Source: Albugo candida (Eukaryota). From it: 64,000 nucleotides of DNA. The stretch covers positions 124,001 to 188,000 of the forward strand of contig JBDOQK010000009.1 of the NCBI GenBank assembly GCA_040437565.1. The letters are read 5' to 3'. Shown here one piece after another: positions 57,169 to 64,000 of the stretch (positions are counted from its first letter, which is position 1; the number at the start of each line of letters is the position of its first letter). The notes below the pieces were generated by a model. It searched no databases and was not told where the DNA came from. It worked only from the letters and a program-made list of their open reading frames with translations. The position numbers and the translations under genes were made by a program.

Positions 57169-59523
57169 TCAAGCAACTGCTTCCATCCATTTTTTGTCCA
57201 AATTCCTAGGATCCCGCTGTAAGAGACCGACTGCCGCAGTGTACAAATCTCTTAAAAGTGGACGTTCATCAGGCTCGTACTCTATACAGCTCTTGATCAA
57301 ACTCCGAATATCGGACGGGCATTCAGGATCTAGCAGCGGCTGAACCAAATTGGCTCCCACCATCATCGCAATTCGAGCGTTCGACGGCTTTGTAGGTAAA
57401 AATTCTCCGATTCCGGACTGGTATGGTGGCTGACACGTGTCAAGCTCTGTCATGATGATTCCGAGCGAGTACACATTGGCCTTTTCGTTGCACGGACTGC
57501 ATTTCAGTACTTCTGGCGCAATCCACGCGGTTGCTCCTCCAGCACTACCAAGCATTTCTTCCAAGGTCATTCTTTTATGGATACCGAAAAGGCTGAGGAA
57601 TACAGTGAATTCTTCATCCAGTAAGACAGCGTCCGAGTTGAGATTTTGATATGGCGTCCCGTTGTATAATCCTTGGTTCAGGTTACCTGCTCGGAGTGGA
57701 GTATTGGACGGAATCGAGTTGAGATAGAGAAGAGCCTCAAGAATCTCCACGACATACTCGAGCTTGGAGCGTACGCGCAGATCTGGACTCGATGCTCTGG
57801 TATCAACTCCAGATGAAGGTGACGGAAACCATTGAAAGGCGTCCTGGCACCCCGATTCCACAATTTGTGTTAGTTGCTTGGCCAAGCTTCCGTGTTGCAT
57901 ATATTCGCACGCGTACGCCAAGTTGGAATAGTATTCCCAAGTAACACCAAATAATGGCACCAAATTCGGATGAACAAGATTATGGATCAGCTCAATTTCT
58001 CGTACAAAGGCGCGAAGCAGCTCGTGGTCGCCTTTGTACCGTGTCATGACTTGCTTGACAGCAATAAGACGTTTTTGCTGGCGCTTGCCCAGTTCAGCCA
58101 CGACAATTCGGTACCGCTCCCGAGAGCTTAGAACTCGAACACTTTGCCACGAACGAAATCGTGTTTTTGCAATATCTTCATTCCGGAATTGTACACGATG
58201 GAACGCATTGTGCATAGAGTATCGGCGCGACAATGTGATCAGCTCTTCTGCGATACTCTTTCGTCTTTGGAAAGAAATACGGATCTGTCCGGACACTCTT
58301 TCTGTGTCGCTGCCTGTGGAAGTCCGAGATATATGACGCGACGAACGCTTTCGTCGACAGTACATCACGAACAGAAGAATGCAAAGAAGACAAAGAATTG
58401 AAGACCCAGCTATGACCGGTATCAGCGCATTTTCTATGGCACTGAGACGTCTAGTGGAAGTCCGTAGTCTGAGATGTTCCGGGTATGTAGAATTAGGTCG
58501 ATAATAGGATGAGTCCAAGGCTGTACCCCGTACATCGCTACAAAACGTCTCTGTCAATGGCATTCATACGGAATGGAGGCCCTTACATCTCACAAGGCAA
58601 TCTGCAAAGTGGGCTTTTTGCCAGAAAATCGACACTGTTGCTGATATTGAAGGCTTCGAACATGGGAAGAGCGTCCATGATTGAGAGCAACTTGTTATCA
58701 CTCACATCTCTGAATCAACGACAGTGATTGTGTGACCGCTACAAGGATCCTAGGAACGTACAATACACGTAGAGATGGTGGTAGCTTTGATAGATATCGA
58801 AGGCTGTTATTCCTGGCATAGCTGCAATCAAGCGTGTCAAGTTGGAGCAGTGTACGAACGATAAAAGCTTACATAAAGCGCAGCGTTGGAATGGCTGCCA
58901 GAGGATCCAACGTTCTCAGCAGGTTGTGTTCGATCCAGCTGGGATCTTGTCGTGAGAAACAGCAGCAAGGAATCCATCAAAACGTACATAGTCTCAAGCT
59001 TTGTGTGCTTCAGAAAATGACTTGGAATTTCTCTCAAAAAATTGTTTTCTAGATGGCTGGTAGCATGTACGTGATTGATCGCACGAAGGGGAATCTCAAA
59101 TGACATACAGCTCTTGAAGACTTTCGGGCCACTCGATCGTGCTGATATCAGACAAATTGCACCCTCGGAGATTACTATCAGCGACCGATCAGTTGCAGCG
59201 TTGAGAGGATCTATGAAGTAGCTTTACATCAAGCGAGCGCTATTACTTGACACAATGCTCGATAAGCGTAATGAACAAGCCACACGCTCAGGGAGGTGAG
59301 AAGTGTTCACAGCGAAAATATTGGGTTTGTACTTCAAAGGAGTTGATACTGGAGTAGCTGAGTGGCGAAGACTCATGCGGTCTGGAGGAATAAATGAATG
59401 TAGATGGATTCTTTGTATCGGTTGCTTACCGGAGTACTCGGTTGGAGATCCTGACCTGTCATCGACAAAGGCTGGCCCTTGTTGGATCCAACGTTCACGA
59501 TGGTCAGAGGAGGTTGGGGTCAT
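57169..59523 (-). CDS. LRR-TM receptor-like TKL pseudokinase (at least 7 exons; 5' end uncertain)
   Basis: Six phase-2 introns (59175-59227, 59057-59108, 58939-58987, 58822-58872, 58710-58761, 58538-58586) restore LRRs; TM helix ALIPVIAGSSILCLLCILLFVMYC followed by RRKR; kinase fold motifs IAVK, HPNLV, WIAPEVL and VYSLGIIMTEL. Confidence 0.85.
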
Positions 59524-59716
59524 TTGGTTGGAATGACGCTCTATCACCGCCTTCTCCGCCACGCAGTATTTATAGACACGTCAATTCAATTTTGTCGACC
59601 TGTAGCGATCAGACTCGAAACTCGAGGGGGTAGAATAGAAGAAAAGGATGATACAGTTTTTTTGCAAATCCTTATACCGGAGCCGTTAACCTGCAACCTC
59701 AACAGTCTAAATGCGC

Positions 59717-60536
59717 TCAACCACGGAAAGTGGAAGGGCGAGAAGCCTTAAACGTCGTACGGAACTTTTTCATATGAGGTCGAGGGATCCGATGTGTCAA
59801 TGGGAACTTGATTTTGCTGTCGTGGAACTGCTTGATGTTTGGCTTCTTGGTGTCCTTGGCAGCTAAAATTGCGGTTCTCATGATTTGAATCGAGCGAGGT
59901 CGAGCACGATGACGCCCGGCCAATTCGGAATACATTTGCTCTATCGCTCCACATAGCGTGATATCACGATATTCTTTGTACATGTTATGTGTTCCACTAC
60001 GAGAATTGTATCGAATCCACACTCCATAGTTTTTGACAATGCGATTGTTCTTCTCCCGGAGCTACAAATATGACGTAAATGTACATGAGCAATGCCATTA
60101 AACTTAGGGTGAGCGACTATTACAAACGCAGCGTTCCAGGCAACACAGCGGAAGACACCGCGATCTCACTAGTAGACAAAGCGGTTTGAGAGCTGGAGTT
60201 TCAAACTCTCGTGGCAAACAAGCGCATTATAACGAGGTCTACTAGGAGCTTTGGAATAGCGCAATTGATTCTGAATTGGACTGCTGAACTAACCTCGTTC
60301 ACATCGAGAATCTCGCCGGTAGTCTTCTTCATCTTCTTCACTTGATGAAGAAAGTACCAGAAGCGCGATTTTGCGAGCACTTCATTGGGTGCAAAAAGTT
60401 TCATGCGGTAAATTGGAGGGTTGGGCTCTTTTTCTGTGGGTGCTTTACGCCCTGAGACTTGGTATTGACGAATCTATAAGCAGCAATCTATGAGTACAGC
60501 TTGAAAGGATGACTATGAGAGAAATTCTACCGGCAT
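59717..60536 (-). CDS. RPL18A: 60S ribosomal protein L18a (eL20)
   Basis: Exons 60531-60536, 60294-60473 and 59717-60061 give [15 protein letters not shown]...[21 protein letters not shown]...[25 protein letters not shown]...KFPL. Confidence 0.97.
60113..60262 (-). ncRNA. Putative structured intronic RNA element in RPL18A intron 2
   Basis: Nested inverted repeats 60113-60126/60250-60262 and 60169-60177/60237-60245 plus several internal hairpins, inside a 232-nt intron. Confidence 0.4.
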
Positions 60537-60677
60537 GGTTGCTGGATACAAATTCGGTGCGGCTTTGATTTTTGAATCGCGAAACGATTGGATTTCACTT
60601 AAGCGGAACCGGTTCAAAATATTGGACGCACCGGTTATAATATTAATGTATACAGTGTATCAGGTATTAGAGTTACA

Positions 60678-61886
60678 CTAAAATTCAGCAAATGGATCGT
60701 AGAAGGCTACCTTTTGGTTCTTTGGACGCTCAGCACTACTGTATGAATCAATGTCTGGTGTGCAAACCGTATCTGAGTCCCTAATTGATGATTGATGAAA
60801 TACAATCATTTTTAAAGGCGAAGTGGTGAAGCCGTCGTCGAAATTTCGAGTACTATCGAACCCATCACATTCAGGACGAATGGGTGGACAGAGCTGACGA
60901 TTTTGAAGCTTTTCCCAATCCAAATCGGAAAAGAATGGATGGCTCATTGCATTTGCTGCTGTCAGACGTGTCGATGGGTCTACACATAACAAATTGCGCA
61001 AAAGCGATTGAGCTTTTTCGGACAAATCGGACGGATACCGTATTTTTCCCACAGCTATCTTTTGAAATAATGTGCTGATATTATCGTCTTGAAAAGGAGG
61101 TAAACCAGTGAGAAGTTCGTAACAAAAACATCCGTACGACCACATATCAGTCTCGATTCCGTGACCAGTCCTTGCGACCATCTCGGGAGATAGATATTCA
61201 GGTGATCCGCAAAATGAAAAGGTTTTGCAATCGGGTATCATCTCTTGCTTTGCAAATCCAAAATCAGCTAATCTAATGTGTCCTTGGGCATCCAAAAGAA
61301 CATTTTCTGGCTTCAGGTCCCGATACACGACACCTTTTTCATGCAATGCCTTCAATGCGGATAGCACTTCAGCGGCATAAAAGGCCATGGTAGATTCCTT
61401 GAACTTTTGAGCTTCATGATGCTGTAGATGAAAGAATAACTCACCTCCTTGACAAAATTCAAGCACGAAATTCACGTCGGTTTTTGTCTGGAAGGCCGAG
61501 TACATTTTGACAATAAACGGATGTCCACGAAGATCTTGCAATACTTTCTTTTCCGCCAGTGTATGCAGTACTTGTTTCCGGCGTATCAAGTGCTGTTTGT
61601 TCAACGTTTTCACAACAAATATGTCTTGAGTATGGCGATGACGAGCAAGCGCTACTTGCTGAGCATAGGTACCTCGACCGATCACTTTGAGTAGCAATAT
61701 ATCGGCCGGATCAATTTCTTGCTCCAATTGACCACTTGATTCTATTGCAGGGGATTCGACTGGTTTCTGCAACATGTAGTGCTTGTCTATAGATTCAACC
61801 ACTTTGTGTTTTTTAAAATCGGGTTGTTGGAATAATTCATCGATTACGCGCTTGTGAGATGTATTCGTAGACGCCAATAACGCCAT
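60678..61886 (-). CDS. AGC family Ser/Thr protein kinase (S6K/RAC-like)
   Basis: Motifs IGRGTYA, VVK, GGELFFHL, YRDLKPENVLL, DFGFAK and SFCGSPEYLSPE; C-terminal DPFAEF. Confidence 0.92.
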   Translation of the reverse strand: MALLASTNTSHKRVIDELFQQPDFKKHKVVESIDKHYMLQKPVESPAIESSGQLEQEIDPADILLLKVIGRGTYAQQVALARHRHTQDIFVVKTLNKQHLIRRKQVLHTLAEKKVLQDLRGHPFIVKMYSAFQTKTDVNFVLEFCQGGELFFHLQHHEAQKFKESTMAFYAAEVLSALKALHEKGVVYRDLKPENVLLDAQGHIRLADFGFAKQEMIPDCKTFSFCGSPEYLSPEMVARTGHGIETDMWSYGCFCYELLTGLPPFQDDNISTLFQKIAVGKIRYPSDLSEKAQSLLRNLLCVDPSTRLTAANAMSHPFFSDLDWEKLQNRQLCPPIRPECDGFDSTRNFDDGFTTSPLKMIVFHQSSIRDSDTVCTPDIDSYSSAERPKNQKVAFYDPFAEF

Positions 61887-62845
61887 GGTTAACCTTTACC
61901 AGTAGATTGTGCCTCGGATGAGAGATATACTGAAGTAGATGTTTTCAAAGGCTTGTTGTGTCTCCTATGGGATCAATTTCCGTAAAAGTGCGTGAAGAGC
62001 CATTGAGGTTGGGCTTCCGTGGTGTCAATATTCACCAACCATTACGTTTGAATCGTACGCTAATTGGCTTCTCATTGAGTTCTTCTATACCAAAGGCCAA
62101 TGAAAGCTCGACATATTGGTAATCGTATACCTCGCAGTTGTTTTTTCTAACCACTTGTCCTGTATGAGTCTTATACACGGTCTCTTAATTTCATGTCTAC
62201 TCTATTGCGCAGTTGGTTGTCAAGATACCTGTAGGTAATAACGTTATTACTGCGTGCACAAGGGGCCTTTGAGAAAAGCAGTCACACTAAGGATTCCCAT
62301 GAAGAATAGCCGAAGACAACATGCATGACTCCGATAAGTGTGAGAGTATATTGATACACGGGCCGTCTACAATCGTACAACTCTGTAGAAATGCAATTAC
62401 AACGCAATCGATTCGACACCTTCCTTTACTGCATAAGTGCGGAAGACTGAGTCAGGACGACTTATTTCAGGCTCTGGCAATAGAACAGTACGGTATTGAC
62501 GCGGGAATACCTCATTACTAAGCTTTACGGCAGCACAAGTAGCAGAATGAGGACTCTGTAGAAAGAACTGATCTATGTGCAACCGAAAAGTGTCCACAAT
62601 CAATAAAGCGTATCTGCTACAAATACATATAGCACAAAGCGTCGTCATTTTGGCCCGTTGCTGCTTTTATGTATCAGCTCCCGCTATATTCTCTATCGTG
62701 GATCTTGTTCTTTTTAAGCTTTCGTGTAAGTGATCAACAGATCGAAGCAAACTTGCGTAGTATTATGATTCTCAGACATTATTATCTCTCATCAGTATAA
62801 AAATATAAACGGCGTAAAGCACAGTCGATCACTAAGGTGCAACGG

Positions 62846-64000
62846 TCAAGCACGTAATGTGCATTTCAGCTGACTAGAGTGTGAGTCTCCACCTCCACCA
62901 CTACTGGTTCCTCCGCCAGCACTAGTTCCTCCGCCAGCACTAGTTCCTCCACCAGCACTAGTTCCTCCGCCACCACTAGTTCCTCCGCCACCACTAGTTC
63001 CTCCGCCAGCACTAGTTCCTCCACCAGCACTAGTTCCTCCACCAGCACTAGTTCCTCCACCAGCACTAGTTCCTCCGCCAGCACTAGTTCCTCCGCCACC
63101 ACTAGTTCCTCCACCACCACTAGTTCCTCCACCACCACTAGTTCCTCCGCCACCACTAGTTCCTCCGCCACCACTAGTTCCTCCACCAGCACTAGTTCCT
63201 CCACCAGCACTAGTTCCTCCGCCACCACTAGTTCCTCCGCCTTCGCTGCTTCCACCGCCTTCGGTTTGATTACCGCCACCTCCACTGCCTGCGATCATGC
63301 TTTCANNNNNNNNNNNNNNNNNNNNNNNNNNNNNNNNNNNNNNNNNNNNNNNNNNNNNNNNNNNNNNNNNNNNNNNNNNNNNNNNNNNNNNNNNNNNNNN
63401 NNNNNACTAGTTCCTCCGCCACCACTAGTTCCTCCACCAGCACTAGTTCCTCCACCAGCACTAGTTCCTCCACCAGCACTAGTTCCTCCACCAGCACTAG
63501 TTCCTCCGCCACCACTAGTTCCTCCGCCACCACTAGTTCCTCCACCTTCGCTGCTTCCACCGCCTTCGGTTTGATTACCGCCACCTCCACTGCCTGCGAT
63601 CATGCTTTCATCTATTTTTGCGGTGGCCTTTATCCCACTAAACCAAATCGTTTCGGTTACGCTGATATTAGGATGCGTTGCCCCCTGGTACACGCTTAAA
63701 AATCCAAAGTGATGTTCTCCATAAGAATCACCGGTGATCTCACAATTTGAACATTTATCCTCCCCAACAAGTTCAAGAAGATCGTCGTTTGTACTTAGGT
63801 AAAAAGTAGTCGATTTAGGAGTAACGAAGATACCAATATTGTACCATTTGGCGTAAATAAGCGTGCCGTTCCAAATCGGTGCCGCGAAGTTGCTTTTCGA
63901 CAAAATTCGGATCTGCGGGGCCGCAACATCTTTTTGCTGTATCCGTACTTCCCAATAGTGCGATTCGGTGAACGCTATTTGCCAGTCAGGCAGTTTATTC
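62846..64000 (-). CDS. GH131-like beta-glucanase, C-terminal part, with a Gly-rich tail (5' end outside the window; the tail appears twice across the gap)
   Basis: WQIAFTESHYWEVR resembles the GH131 HQIxFFESHFxE motif; also WYNIGI, FYLS and EHHFGFL; followed by (GGGTS[A/G])n and DSHSSQLKCTLRA*. Confidence 0.7.
62900..63545. repeat. 18-bp tandem repeat (ACTAGTTCCTCCRCCASC) encoding GGGTS[A/G]
   Basis: About 19 units left of the gap at 63306-63405 and about 8 units right of it. Confidence 0.95.

Noticed and set aside
60095-60112. ACCCTAA in the RPL18A intron as a telomerase RNA template, or the intron as U17/snR30
   Set aside because: Only a partial template match (ACCCTAAG rather than an extended CCCTAAA repeat), and the U17 m1/m2 motifs are imperfect and wrongly placed
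62900-63545. CRISPR-like array
   Set aside because: Head-to-tail repeats with no unique spacers, inside a coding region of a eukaryotic genome, and no cas genes
62866-63590. EELVLV-repeat and LVPPPA-repeat ORFs
   Set aside because: Alternative frames and strands of the 18-bp repeat; only the Gly-rich frame is continuous with the GH131-like domain

Overview
This is a gene-dense eukaryotic window. It has compact intergenic regions and short GT-AG introns of mostly about 50-70 nt. The gene content (LRR/TKL kinase, GH131, CBM1-like secreted proteins, alpha-kinase, L-aspartate oxidase) points to an oomycete, plausibly Albugo-like; that assignment is inference. About 27 genes can be supported. Housekeeping and signalling genes include pirin, a P-loop dNK/TMPK-like kinase, a SHOCT-alpha-kinase, RAB3GAP1, nadB, an RCC1-like repeat protein, a GRK, an acyl-CoA dehydrogenase, a USP53/54-like DUB, a PH-AGC kinase, DnaJ, SMYD, a CH-domain protein, an LRR receptor pseudokinase, RPL18a, an AGC kinase and a GH131. 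Seventeen gaps of 100 N are mostly flanked by direct duplications. These are assembly artefacts that inflate or fuse several ORFs. The main points of interest are: (1) a tandem family of four secreted proteins (44.2-54.4 kb) on an 18-Cys scaffold of CBM1-like modules, three of them inside a ~4.2-kb triplicated unit whose co-duplicated genes have decayed; (2) an LRR receptor-like pseudokinase whose ectodomain is built from in-frame cassette exons, mostly one LRR each, all flanked by phase-2 introns; (3) an unusually long, highly base-paired intron in RPL18a; (4) a GH131 with an 18-bp VNTR Gly-rich tail. All domain calls were made by eye from motifs; no database searches were run.
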